Source of the DNA: the human T2T-CHM13v2.0 reference genome, Homo sapiens
Direction: 5' to 3' (one strand)
NCBI RefSeq assembly: GCF_009914755.1
Contig: NC_060936.1
Length of the DNA: 64,000 bases
The notes beneath the pieces were generated by a model. It was given only the letters and a program-made list of their open reading frames with translations, searched no databases and was not told the DNA's origin. Within the stretch, counting starts at the first letter, position 1, and every line of letters starts with the position of its first letter. Made by a program: the position numbers and the translations under genes. Positions 40,420-53,381 of this stretch are shown in pieces.

Positions 40420-40730
40420 CAGCTGAGTAGTAGTAAGACTACAGCTTCTGAGTCAATCTGGCTGACTTCAAACACAGTCATACCACTTACCAACTCTGGT
40501 ACCTGCAGCAATTTACCTAATCTCTCCGGGCTCAATTTCTTCTTCTGTTAAAAGATTACCAAGCATAGAAAAAGTTCAGAAAATTTAATAAGTTTATGTA
40601 TATACTTTATATATAGTATATACATAATGTATACACATACATGTATATATGTGTGTGTATGAATATATGGATGCATTCATAAAGAGAGGGAGAGATGTTT
40701 AGAATAGTACCTGGCATATAATAATGCTGC
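40420..40730 (+). mobile_element. MIR SINE interrupted by TA/TG low-complexity sequence
   Basis: CCACTTACCAACTCT..TTACCTAATCTCTC..CTCAATTTCTTCTTCTGT; TTTAGAATAGTACCTGGCATATA. Confidence 0.65.
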
Positions 40731-42633
40731 TTTCAAAGATCTGGTTGGAGGAGGGAGTGGCTCTACAATGTAGTCCTAAATTTACATGACCCTGCTGACA
40801 AAATTTTATAACCTCCTTCAGTAAATCATTATGAGTTTTAATTACACTCATTTCTTTGAATCTTGGAAGTAATGTGAATAAGTAAATCAATTATTTTTTC
40901 TGGATCTCTCTTCTCACCAAGCATTTACTACCATTCTGATCAGTGTGAACTTTTTCCGCCAGAACCTTGCTGATAGTAATCTCTTGGACCCTAATATAGT
41001 ATTGGTTCAGCCCAGCTAGAAATTTCAATACGTTTGATAAGAAGTTTGTTTTTAAATAGTCTTAATTATTAAAACCTTTTCACACATTGATTTAAAATGA
41101 AAATTTCAAAAATCAACCAATAATATACTATATAAATTTAAAATTGTACTGAAAGGGCAATATATATAGATACGAGTTTGTGTGTGTGTGTGTTGAGGGG
41201 GTAACAGCTGTCACCATTATAATGACTCAGTAATTCAATACCTTTGGGGCAATGCTTAACATAAAATATTTCTAACAGCAGAATAAATTTGAAAATATAT
41301 GTGCGTTATTACCAATTTAGGGTGTTTCCTCAATCATGCAAGTGGAATTCAGTGTTAATACCCTTCAATATCACATTTACGGATGCGCGTTTACCCATTG
41401 TTTAAAAGCAGCAATGTCTGTGTGACTTGCCATAAAAAGAAATTTTGTGCCACCTTTTACAAAATGTGAACGTGTATTTTGATCAGGCAAACGCTACTTA
41501 AACAATGCTGGTCACATTGGACCAAAATATGCTTCTACGTAAGCAAAATTTACTGAAGGTAAGGAGAAATGTGGCATCAGAGGACAAACTAGACAGTTTA
41601 CAAAAGTGTTAAGAGAGTGAGAGGGAGAATGTCCCAGCAATAATCATGAGGTGATATAAATATAAATATTAAGCAGGAGAGACTTTCAAAGAAGAAGCCT
41701 CATGTTGTTGCACTCACAGACCAAGCCTGCTGATATGAAGAGTTACTGCTAAGGTTTTCAGGTTATATATTTATTTGTTATTGTAATTAGCATTCTTGTT
41801 ACTACTTCAGTAAACTTAAAAATATTTCTTAAATGTTTATCACTACCACTTATATCTGGAGGTAGATTTACAATTCAAAAATTAAACATTTTTTTCTATT
41901 TTTTTCTCAGTTTTGGAAAATATCTTACATAACATATTTTGCAAAGGCTATTTAAGGGCTTACATAAGAGCAAGCCCTTAAAATTACAGACACATTACAA
42001 GAAAAGTCTTATGCTCCGTTTTCATTATAATGAAATTAATATAGCTCCCTTATACTTCTTGTACTTCTTAATAGTGTATATATCAATGCCATGATACCAT
42101 ACTTCTGTAGCAACATACTGTATTCATCATTTCTGAGTGAGCAGAGGCTCTATTTTCATGTTCTTTTCATTTTGTTCAATGTCAGCGTTTGGGTATACAG
42201 TGGCCCTTTCTCAATCTCATTGTGTATAAATTCAATGAAGTAAATCTTATTCACATGTGTGGTTAATACATATGCCATCAAGCAAACTATTCTTTACTGA
42301 ACATCTAGTATAACTTAAAAATTATGTGAGATATTTAAAACTGTATTGTTTTGCCAAATATCTATTGAATTCCTCTTTGTTCCAAGCATTTTGCAGGAAA
42401 TTGAGGTAATAAGGGTGAAATATGAAACTTCAAAACAGGCCACAGTTTAGCAGATAAATATTATCTGTATATATGTCTGTGCATAAATATATAAGCGTGA
42501 TGAATGTTAAATATATGTGCATAAAATATAGGAACACAATAATAAAAACTACAATTACTGTGTATTGCGGCATACTACTTGATGTCTGTTATGTCATGAC
42601 ATCTTCAGAATAATCGTATGAAGGGAATATATT

Positions 42634-45052
42634 TGCTTTAGTTTGCTTCTCTGTCCCCCAAACCTCATGTTAAAATTAAATCCTCAATATTGGAGGTGGA
42701 ACCTAGTGGGGGAGTATTTGGGTCATGGGAATGGATCCCTCATAAATGGCTTGGTGTCATCCTTGAGACAGTGAGTGACTTCTCTATTATTTCCCATGAG
42801 ATCTGGCTGTTAAAAAGAGCCTCCTACCTCTCTCGCCTCTCTCTTGCTACCTCTCACCATATGATCTCTGCACACCAGCTCCTCTTAACTTTTGCTATCA
42901 GTATAACCAGCCTGAGCACCTCAGCAGATGTAAAGCAGGTGCCAGCACCATGCTTCCTGTATAGGCTGCAGAAACATGAGCCAATTAAATCTCCTTTCTT
43001 TAAAAATTTTCCAGCTAAAGATATTCCTTTATAGCAACACAAATGAACTAATACATTGGTCTTGAGGCATGGGTGTTGCTGTAAAGATACGTGAAAATGT
43101 GCAAGTGGTTTTGGAACTGGGTAGTGGGCAGAGGTTGGAAGATTTGGGGGCCCAGAGGAAGACAGGAAGATGAGAGAAAGTTTGGAACTTCTTAGATACT
43201 GGCTAGGTGGTTGTGACCAAAATGCTGATAGAAATATACACAGTAAAGGTCAGGCTGACAAAATCTCAAATGGAAAAGAAGATGTTTTAGTAACTGGACC
43301 CAAGATCACCCATATTACCCCATAGCAAAGAATTTGACTGCATTTTGACCATTCCTTGGGCTTTTTGGATGACTGAACTTAAGAGTGATGACCTAGGGCA
43401 TCTGACAAAAGAAATTTCTAAACATCAAAGCCTTCCAGAAGTTGTGTGGCTGCTTTTAACAGCTTACAATCAGATATGGCAGCAATTAAATAGTCTAAAA
43501 GTGGAATTTATGACTAAAGAGAAGAAAAAATTAGAAAATTTGCAGTCAGGCCACAAGGTGGAGATGAAAAAAGCATTTTCGGGAGAGAAATCCCAGGGTG
43601 CTGTGATGCAACCACTTGTTAGCACAGATAAAAGAGAGCCAGATTCTAATAGTAAAGACAATGTGGAAAATGCCCCAAAGGCACTTCAGAAATCTTTGAG
43701 GCTGTCCCTCCCATCACAGGCAGAGAGGCCTAGGAGGACAGGATTCACTGTCCTTCACCACCTCAGGATGAGACTCTATTTCCCTGCACTGCCTCAGGTT
43801 GAGGCTCCCTGTATCCCATCAGCTCTGGCTTCAGCTGCAGCTCAGACAGCCCTAGGTAATGATGTGCACTCCAGAAGGCACACGCCTTAAGCTTTGGTGG
43901 CTTTTACATGGTGTAAAGTCTGCAGGCACCTAGAATGCAAGAGTAGTGGAGGCTTTGTGGCTTCCACCTAGATTTCAGAGGATGTATTGAAAAGCCTGGG
44001 AGTGCAGCGATGTCCCAGGAATGAGGCCACCCCAGAGAGTATGCACCAGGGCAGTGCCCAGTGGAGATGTGGGAGCAGGGCCACTGCTCTCCAGAATTAG
44101 AATTACAGAGCCACTGGCAGAATACAACCTGGAAAAACTGCAGGTACCAGATTTTAACCTGTGAAAGCAGTCACATGGGCTGCACCCAATAAAGCCATAG
44201 GGGCAGGGCAGCCTAAGGCCTTAGGATCCCATACTCCCACCAGTGTGACCAGGGTGTGGGACATGGAGTCAAAGATTATTTTGGAGCTTCAAGATTTAAT
44301 GTCTGTCCCGCTGGGTTTCAGACTTGCATGGGACCTATTACCCCTTCCTTTTGGCGTTTTCCTCCTATTTCTCCCTTTTGGAATCATAATGTTTGCCCAA
44401 AGCCTGGAAAACAATTGTACCTTGGAAGTAAATAATTTGGTTTTGATTTTGCAGGCTCATATCCATAACGAACTTACCTTGGGTCTCAGATGAAACTTTG
44501 GACTTTTGAGTTAACGATGAAACATTTTTTAACTTGTAGAGACTATCAGGATGGAATGATTGTATTGTGTGTGTGAGATGGTCATGAGATTTGGGGGCCC
44601 AGGATCAGAATATTATAGTTTGAATGTTTTCTTCCCAAAATCTCATGTCAAAATTTTATCTCCAGTGTTGAAAGTGGAGCCTAATGGAAGGTATTTGGGT
44701 CATGAGGGTTAGGGGTGAACCCAGAGTCCCTCATGAATGATTTGGTGCCATCTTGTGACAATGAGTGAGTTTTCAAGCTGTTATTTCCCATGAGAGCTGG
44801 TTGTTTAAAAGAGTCAGTCACCTCTCTCCCCTCTCTCTTGCTTCCTCTCTCACCACGTGATCTCTTTACACACCAGCTCCCCTTTGTCTTTTGCCACGAG
44901 TAAGCAGCCTGAGGACATTACCAGAAGCCAAACAGATGCCAGTACCATACTTCTTGTAAAGTCTGAAGAACTGTGAGCCAAACAAAACTCTTCCCTTTAT
45001 AAATTGCCCGGTCTCAGGTATTTCTATATAGCAACGCAAGTGGACTAAGACA
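42634..45052 (+). mobile_element. Full-length MST (MSTB-like) MaLR element: 5' LTR 42634-43055, internal 43056-44610, 3' LTR 44611-45052
   Basis: Two related LTRs ending ACTAA(T/G)ACA, MaLR internal region (TTGGAACTGGGTAGTGGGCAGAGGTTGGAAGA), TSD ATATT/GTATT; inserted into a minus-strand MIR (42560-42633 and 45053-45180). Confidence 0.92.
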
Positions 45053-45329
45053 GTATTTTAACCTCAATTTTGATCTTGAGAAAATGAACACACACACAGG
45101 CTGGAGACTTCCTAAAGGTCACTCAGATGTAAGTGGTACACAAAGAATTAACAAGATCTGTCTAACTGCACACACTGTACCCATAATCACTTCACCAAAT
45201 CAATTCAATTTGATGTTCTCTTCTTATGTGCAGGTACGTTGTGAAAAAAGCAGGAACAGATGGGGTTGGGGAAGCAAAGGCAGGGTAAAGGTGAGGGAAA
45301 AGAAAGTGAAATAGAAATGCCTTCAACTG

Positions 45330-45800
45330 GAGATAATATTAGAGCTTTGGAGGTTAAAGTTTGTATATGATTTACTAAGACGAAAAGGGGGATCAAAAAT
45401 GTATTTTGAACAATGATGAATGAAACTAGAACACAGCAATTACAGTGAATGGGAAGAAGTAGTGAGAGATAAAATTGGAAATTTATACTGAGGCCAGATT
45501 CTAAAGGGCTTTGAATTCATTAAGTGTTTGCTTTATGCTGTGGGCAGTGAGAAGTTCTGGAAAGTTTGTAAAATGTAGAAATAATCGCCTGTGTTTTAGA
45601 AAGAGAATTCTGAATATAATATAAAGGATGAATAAGAAGTGAGCAAAAGAAGCAAGAATAGAGCAGTTTTACTAATCAAGTGAAATGTAATAAAGAGCTA
45701 AATTAAAACATTGCCAATAGGAATGGGTAAAAAGAAGTGCAAGCAACATTTCATTGATAAAACTGTTAGAACCTTGAGGTGAAATAAACATAGGAGATAT
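45330..45800 (-). mobile_element. L2 LINE fragment
   Basis: GAGGCCAGATTCTAAAGGGCTTTGAAT..GGGCAGTGAGAAG..TGTGTTTTAGAAAGA. Confidence 0.7.
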
Positions 45801-46605
45801 TTATCAGATATACTGATAGAGACTGGCACATTAGGTTCAGACTACACAGTATGGCAATTAAGGTTGAAAATAAGGAATGGGGTAATTTGTGGTAGGAAAA
45901 CAAAATAGTCTACATGCGTATATGGCATAATGAGAAAAATAGAAAACAAATAAAGACAATACATGATCTTTAGTACTTTGAGTGATCCATACAGTAAAAT
46001 GGGAAAGTTGTATTAGAATGGGTGAATGAATCTCGGTGATTTCCTTTAGGAACCCTTTCAGGACTTGACTTTCGCCTTTCCTGCTGCAATAGCTGCTATT
46101 CTCTAGGTCAAGGAACCAATATGATGGATTTTGAAAACTTTTAAGCATGCTTTTCTGAATATAATTTTGGGGAATGAATTGAATGTATTGATAGGTTCAA
46201 TAGATTCATTGTGAAAAAGACCTAGCCTACCACTGGACTTACTACCTGATCGTTAGGGGTCCATACCATAATGGGGGGTGAAAGATGAAAATTCAGGTCC
46301 CAGATTTCAGCACAAACTCCATCCTTCTATCAAATAACCCTCAATAGATGTCATTTCGCTAATGTTTGGCCAACAAAGTAAATGGACTTGTGTCTCTTTA
46401 GGGAAGGCTTGGAGAAAATATTACTGTAATTATTTTTTTGTGGTGTTGCAAGATTCTTCCTCATGAACATGTGACTTTTTAGTTAATGAGTTCTGAGTCT
46501 GAAAACAGATTCAAATCTGGAAACTGAGACTGTGACTTTTTGGGGGGTAATTAAGCCCTGGACAGTCTACTCATCTATTCTTATTCTGTCTCTTTATTTT
46601 CCTCT

Positions 46606-46703
46606 TATGTATGTATGTATGTATGTATGTATGTATGTATGTATGTATGTATCTATCTATCTATCTGTCTGTCTGTCTGTCTGTCTGTCTATCATCTATC
46701 TAT
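46606..46703. repeat. Compound tetranucleotide microsatellite (TATG)n(TATC)n(TCTG)n(TCTA)n
   Basis: Directly visible. Confidence 0.95.
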
Positions 46704-46824
46704 TCAATCTTCTCCTTTGCTACCAGATAGCCCAGTTTTAGCCCAACATTACAACTTTCAGAGCTCTTAGAAATTCCCAGGAACCCTCTCTCCAGAATCT
46801 TACCTAACATCTTTGTAAACAATG

Positions 46825-48295
46825 TCAGGAATGAGGTGATAGCTTAGTGTGGTTTTGATTTTAATTTCTTCGATGATTGGTGATGTTGAGCACTTTTCAT
46901 ATACCTGTTTGCCATTTGCATGTCTTTTATAGGAAAAATGTCTATTCTGGTTCTTTGCCAGTTTTAAATCAGCTTATTTGATTTTTATATTGAGTTGTGT
47001 TAGTTTCTTATAAATATTGCATATTAACTTCTTATCAGATGGTTTGCAAATGTCTTCTCCAATTCCATTGTTTGCCTTTTTGTTTTGTGGTTTCTTTTGT
47101 TGTATACAGCATTTTTAGTTTGATGTAGCCCCATTGTCTATTTTGGCTTTTGTTGCATGTGCTTTTGGTATTATAGCCAAGAAATCATTGCCCAGTTCAA
47201 AGCCAAGAAGATTTTTCTTTATATTTTCTTCTAGTAGTTGTATGGTTTCAATTCATAGACTTAAGTATTTAATCCATCTGGGGTTAATTTTTTATGTTTT
47301 GTGATATTTCCAGTTTTTCCAACACCATTTATTGACAAGACAATCCTTTTTCCATTGCACGTACTTGGCACCCTTGTCAAAGACCAGTCAATTGTGCATG
47401 CATGGATCTATTTATGGACACTATTCTTTTCCATTGGTCTATATTTTTATTATTATGCCAGTACCATAATATTTTAATTAAGATAGGTTTTTAGTATATT
47501 TTGAAATCGCAAAGTAGAATGCCTCCAGCTTTGCTCTTTTGTTCAACTTTGCACAAGAAGTTGGATGCTTTTTTGAGGTCTTCACTCATTCCATATGAAT
47601 TTTAGGATTTTTTTTCCATTTATGCAAAGAATGCCTTGGAATTTTCACATGCATTATCTTGAAACTTTAGATTACTTGGGTAATAGAGACATTTTAACAA
47701 TATTATTTCAATCCAATAATAAGGGATGTCTTTTCATTTATATGTGTCTTTACTTTTCTTCATCAATGGCTTATAGTGTGCAAGGCTTTTACCTATTTGG
47801 TTAAGCTTATTCCTAAGTATTTTATTATTTTTGTTCCTGTAATGAAGGATTTTAAAAGTGTCTTTTTTATAATGCATTGTTTGTACATAGAAACATGATT
47901 GATTTTTGTATGTTGATTCTGTATCCTGAAACTTCACTGAATTCATTTGTTCTAACAAAATTCAGTAAGCCTTTAAGACTTTTTTTTTTTTTTTTTGAAA
48001 CTGTGTCTAGTTCTGTCACCCACGCTGAGTGCAGTGGCACCATCTCGGTTCACTGCAACCTCTGCCTCCTGGGTTCAAGTGATTCTCCTGCCTCAGCCTC
48101 CTGAGTAGCTGGATTACAGGTGCCTACCACCATGCCCAGCTAATTTTTGTATTTTTGGTAGAGACGGGGTTTCACTGTGTTGGCCAGGCTGGTCTCGAAC
48201 TCCTGACCTTGTGATCTGCCTGCCTTGGCATCCCAAAGTGCTGGGATTACAGGCATGAGCCACTGTGCCCGGCAGCTTTTAAGGCTTTCTATGTA
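46825..48295 (-). mobile_element. LINE-1 (L1M) ORF2 3' segment, interrupted by an Alu and truncated by Tigger1
   Basis: Antisense ORF2 phrases (GTGATGTTGAGCACTTTTCATATACCTG; TTTTCCAACACCATTTATTG; GATTTTTGTATGTTGATTCTGTATCCTG). Confidence 0.9.
47980..48273 (-). mobile_element. Alu (AluS)
   Basis: poly-T, dimer, diverged TSD GCCTTTAAGACTTT / GCTTTTAAGGCTTT. Confidence 0.95.
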
Positions 48296-49797
48296 CTGGC
48301 ATACCTTTCTTTATTGTATCTCACTTTATTGTGCTTTGCTAATACCGTGTAGCTTATAACTTGCAAGTTTGTAGCAGTCACTTCATGTCTCTGTGTCACA
48401 TTTTAGTAATTCTCACAATGTTTCAAAATGATTAGTTGTTACTATACCTGTTTTGGTGATCTGTAATCAGTGATCTTTGACATCCTGATTGTAATTGTTT
48501 TGGGGAGCCACAGACTATGCCCATAGAAGATGGCAAACTAATTTGATAAATTCTGTGTGTGTTTGGACTGGTCATTTGGCTAACCATTTCCCACTTTCTC
48601 TTCTCCGCAGGCCTCCCTATTCCCTGAGACAAAACAGTATTAAAATTAGGCCAATTAATAACACTGCAAGGGCTTCTAAGTATCCAAGTGAAGGAAAGAA
48701 TCTGATGTTTCTCACTTTAAATCAAAAGCTAGAAATTATTTTAAGTTTAGCAAAGGAGGCATATGTTAAAGGTTGAGATAGACTGAAAGCTAGGACACTT
48801 GATCAAATAGTTAGCCAAGTTGCCAGAGCAAAGAAAAGTTCTTGAAGGAAATTTAACATCACCATTTCAGTGAACAAATGAATAAAAAAGCAAAACAGCT
48901 TTATTGCTATGATGGAGGAAGTTTGAGTGGTCTGGAAAGATCAAAACGCCCCAAGTTTCCCTTAAGCCAAAGTCTGATCCAGAGCTAGTCCCCGCTCTCT
49001 TCAATTCTATAAAAGCTGAGAGAGGAAAGGATGTTGCAGAAGAAAAATTGGAAGCTAGCAGAGGTTAGTTTATGAGGTTCAAGTAAAGAAGCCACCCCCA
49101 TAACACAAAAGTGCAAAGTAAAGCAGCCAAGTGCTGATATAGGAGCTGCAACAAGTTATCCAGAAAATCTAGCTAAGATCATTAATGAAGGTGGCTACAG
49201 GAAACAACAGATTTTCAATGTAGCAAGACAGTTTTATATTGGAAGAAGGTGGCACTTAAGACTTTTATAGCTAAAGAGGAGAAGTCAATGCTTGACTTCA
49301 AAGCTTCAAAGGACAGGCTACTCCCTTGCTGGGGGTTAATATAGCTGGTAACTTTAAAGTGAAGCCAATGCTCATCTATTCTGAAAAGGCTAGAGCCTTT
49401 AAGAATTATGCTAAATACACTTTGACTGTGTTTTATAAATGGAACAACAATGCCTGTATGAGAGTGCATCTGTTTACACTATGGTTTAATGAATATTTAA
49501 AACCCATTATGGACACCTACTGCTCAGAAAAAAAAAGGTTCCTTCCAAAATTTTACTGCTAATTGACAATGCACTTAGCCATCCAAGAGCTCTGATAGAG
49601 ACGTACAAGAGTTATAGATTAATTTGTTTTCATGCCTACTGATACAATATCCATTCTACAGCCCATGGATTGCAAAGTACTTTCTACTTTCAAGTCTAAT
49701 TATTTAAGAAGAAAGTTTAATTTTGTAGGGCTATATCTGCCATACATAGTGATTCCTCTGATGGATTTGAGCAAAGTAAGCTGAAAACTTACTGGAA
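48296..49797 (+). mobile_element. Tigger1 DNA transposon, 3'-truncated, decayed transposase
   Basis: TA|CTGGCATACCT..TTTATTG 5' TIR; transposase remnants (ORF 49326-49562 NIAGNFKVKPMLIYS..RAFKNYAK..VFYKWNNNA); GAAGCTAGCAGAGGTT. Confidence 0.93.
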
Positions 49798-52135
49798 TTT
49801 ATTCCTTCTCCCTAAGTGAGTAAGTTCGTACCCATTAACCAACCTCTCTCTAGCCGCTCTTCCCCCATACACCCTTCCCAGCCTCTGGTAACTATCGTTC
49901 AATTCTCTACATAAGATCAACTTTTTAAATTCCCATGTATGAATGAGAACATGTGATATATGTATGTGACTAGTTTATTCCACTTAGCATAATGACCTCT
50001 ACTTCCATCCATGTTCCTGTAAATGACAGAATTTCATTTGTATGACTGAATCCTATTCCATTGTGTATGTATATCACATTTTATTTATCCATTAATTCAT
50101 TGATGGGCACTTTGGGTGATTCCATATCTTAGTGATTGTAAATGGTACTGCAAGAAACATGGGGATGCAGTTATCTCTTTTATGTACTGATTTCCTTTTC
50201 TTTGAATAAATATCCAGTAGTGGCATTTCTGAATCATATGGTAGTTTTATTTTTAATTTTTTTGAGAGAACTAAAAATACTGTTTTTCATAATGGCGATA
50301 CTAATTTATATTGCCACCAACAGTGTATAAAAGTTCCCCTTTCTCTACATCCTTTTCAGTTTTTCTTCTTTGTAGTCTTCTCTGGTTATAGCGATTCCAA
50401 GTGGTATAAGATAATATTTCATCATGAATTTTGATTTGCATTTCCCCAATGATTAGTGGTGTTGAATTTTTCAATATAATTGTCAGACATTTTTATGTCT
50501 TCTTTTAAGGAATGTCAGTTCAGGTCCTTGCTCACTTTTTAAAGAGATTATTTGATTTTTCTTTTGCTGATGACTTGAGTTTCTAGCATATTATGGATTT
50601 TAGTCCCTTGTCAATGAATAGTTTGCAAATATTTTCTTCCATTCTATAGGTTATCTCTTCACTCTTAAAGACTTTCCTTTGCCATACAGAAGATTTTTAG
50701 TTTAATATAGTCCCATTTGTCTATTTTTGTTTTTGTTGACTGCGCCTTTAAAAGCCTTAGCCATAAAATGTTGCCTAAGCCAATGTGCAGAAGCATTTCC
50801 TCTGTTTTCTTCTAATAATGTCATAATCATAGTTCAGTGTCTTATGTTTATGTTTTTAATCATTTTGATTTAATTTTTTTCTATATGATGAGAGATATAC
50901 ATCTAGTTTCAATCTTCTGCATATGGATATCCAGTTTCCTGGAACCATTTATTTTAGAGGTTGCAATTTCTCCAATGTATGTCCTTGGTACCTCTGTTAA
51001 AAATCATCTGGCTGTAAATATATTGATTTATTTTTGTGTTCTCCATTCTGTTCCATGGGTCCATTGTATCTGTTTTCATGCCCACACAATGCTGTTTTGG
51101 TTACTCTAGCTCTGTTGTGTATTTGGAAGTCAGGTAGAGTTTTGCCTCCAATTTTGCTCTTTTTGCTCAGTATTGCTGTGGTTATTCTAGGTCCTTTATG
51201 GTTCCAAATAAATGTTAGTATTGTTTTTCCTTTTCCTGTGAAAAATATCATTAGTGTTTTGATAGGGATTTCATTGAATCTGTAGATTGCTTTGGTTAGT
51301 ATGGTCATTTAAAAATAGTAATTGTTCTAATTCATGAGCATGTTGTTAGTTTTCTGTCTCTCTCTTTTTGCTTGTCAGTGTTTTGTAGTTTTCTTTGTAA
51401 AAGTCTTTCACCTCTTTAGTTAAATTTAATCCTACATATTTTTTGGTAATTATTATCAATGTGATTGCTTTCTTGATTTCTTTTTCAGCTAGTTTTATTA
51501 TTGGTGTACAGAAATGCTACTGATTTTTTATGTTGATTTTGTATTCTGCAAGTGCACTGAATTTATTTATAAGTCTCAAGAGTTTTTTATTGGATAATTT
51601 AGGTTTTTCTATATATAAGATCATATCATCTGCAAAGGAAGACAATTTCACTTCCTTGTTTCCAATTTGGAAGCCTTTTATTTATTTCTCTTGTTGGATT
51701 ACTCTGGCTAGGACTTCCTGTAGTATGTTAAATAAGAGTGGTAAAAGTGGACAAACTTGTATTGTCCCATTTCTTAGAAGAAAAACTTTCAGCTTTCTAC
51801 ATTTAGTGTGAGGTTAGCTGTGTCATATATGGCATTTATTATGTTATGTTCCCTGTATGCCTAAATTGTTGAGAGCTTTTATTAAGGCATGCTTAATTAT
51901 ATCAAGTAATATATTTTTTCTGTGTCTTTTGAGATGGTCATATCATTTTTGTGCTTTATTCTGTTAATGTGAAGTATCATAGTTTTTGATTTGTGTATGT
52001 TAAACCATCCTTAATATGCTGGAATAAATCTTGCTTGATCATAGAGTATTATCTTTTTGATGCATGGTTAGATTTGTGTGGCTGGTATTTTGTTGAGGAT
52101 TTTTGCATCTATATTCATCAAGGTTATTGGCTGGT

Positions 52136-52138
<3 letters not shown>

Positions 52139-52197
<59 letters not shown>

Positions 52198-52208
52198 TGA
52201 GTGTGTAT
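52139..52208. repeat. (CT)n(GT)n compound microsatellite inside L1
   Basis: Directly visible. Confidence 0.95.
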
Positions 52209-52678
52209 GTTCTTGTCTGGATTTGGTACCAGGGTAATGCTGTCCTCATGGAATGAGTTAGAAACAAGCTCTTCCTCTTTAATTTTGGCATAGTTTAAGA
52301 ATTGGTGTGAGTTTTTCTTTAAAAGTTTGGTAGAATTCAGTAGTAAAGCCACCCAGTCCTGGGCTTTTCTTTTTGGGGAGACTATTTTTTACTGATTCAA
52401 CCTCTTTACTCATTTTTGGTCTGTTTATGTTTCCTGTTTCTTCCTGGTTCCATCTTGATAGACTGTGTGTGGCCAGGGATTTATTCATTTCCTGTAGGCT
52501 TTCTAATTTGTTAACATATACTTCTTTCTAATAGACTCTACTGGCTTGTATTTCTGCAGTCTCAGTTGTAATGTCTTTTTACTTCTGATTTTATTTACTT
52601 GGGTCTTCTCCCTTTTTTTTCTTAGTCTGGCTGTCAATTTGTCGATTTTATTTGTGTTCTTATAACCCAAATTTTCTT

Positions 52679-53225
52679 TGTTACAGGAAAGGGGTCCCGA
52701 TCCAGACCCCAAGAGAGGGTTCCTGGATCTCACACAAGAATTAAGGGCAAGTCCACAGTGCAAAGTAAGAGAAAGTTTATTGAGAGTAAAGTAATGAAAG
52801 AACAGCTACCCCACAGACATAGCAGGATGTCCCCAAAAGTAAGAGGAGGAATATGGCTACCCTAGGTACAATGCTTGTGTATGTGTGTGTATATATGTAT
52901 ATGATAGTAAAAGATCTTGAGGAGATGTGGTCTGCCACAGCATTTGGGATAAAGGATTAATTTTCGTAATTACTATATTTTACAAGAATCAATATTATTA
53001 CCTTTAAAGCAAAATTAAGGATGCCTTTGTTCTCCAGATATCTGGATATCCGGACACTCCCAAGTCTGGGTCTGTTTAGTAAATATTATTAACTTGTTCC
53101 CTCAGCCATAAACATCTAGAGGCTAGGAATGCCTAATTTTCTGGGAATGCAGTCTAGCAAGTCCCAGCCTCATTTTCCTAGCCCTCACTCAAAATGGAGT
53201 TGCTCTAGTTTCAATGCCTCTGACA
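52679..53225 (-). mobile_element. MER41-family LTR (3' LTR)
   Basis: Reverse complement TGTCAGAGGCATTGAAACTAGAGCAACTCCATTTTG...GATCCAGGAACCCTCTCTTGGGGTCTGGATCGGGACCCCTTTCCTGTAACA; AATAAA present. Confidence 0.88.
53139..53147. promoter_or_regulatory. GAS (STAT) motif TTCTGGGAA in the MER41 LTR
   Basis: Matches TTCNNNGAA; function not shown. Confidence 0.45.
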
Positions 53226-53381
53226 TGTCTTCCCCTCTCCCCCTGCGCCTCCAACCCCCGCCGCCCCATTTACAAAAGGACCCTTAATCCTAAGGGTTGC
53301 AGAGGGATGAAGATCCATCTTGTGTAACTTCCTCAGGCTGAATAGGGGCAATGATATTCCTGCCTATTAGGGTCTCTTTAT

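Noticed and set aside
45215-45240. TTCTCTTCTTATGTGCAG|GTACGT possible recursive splice site
   Set aside because: Single motif next to repeats with no supporting context.
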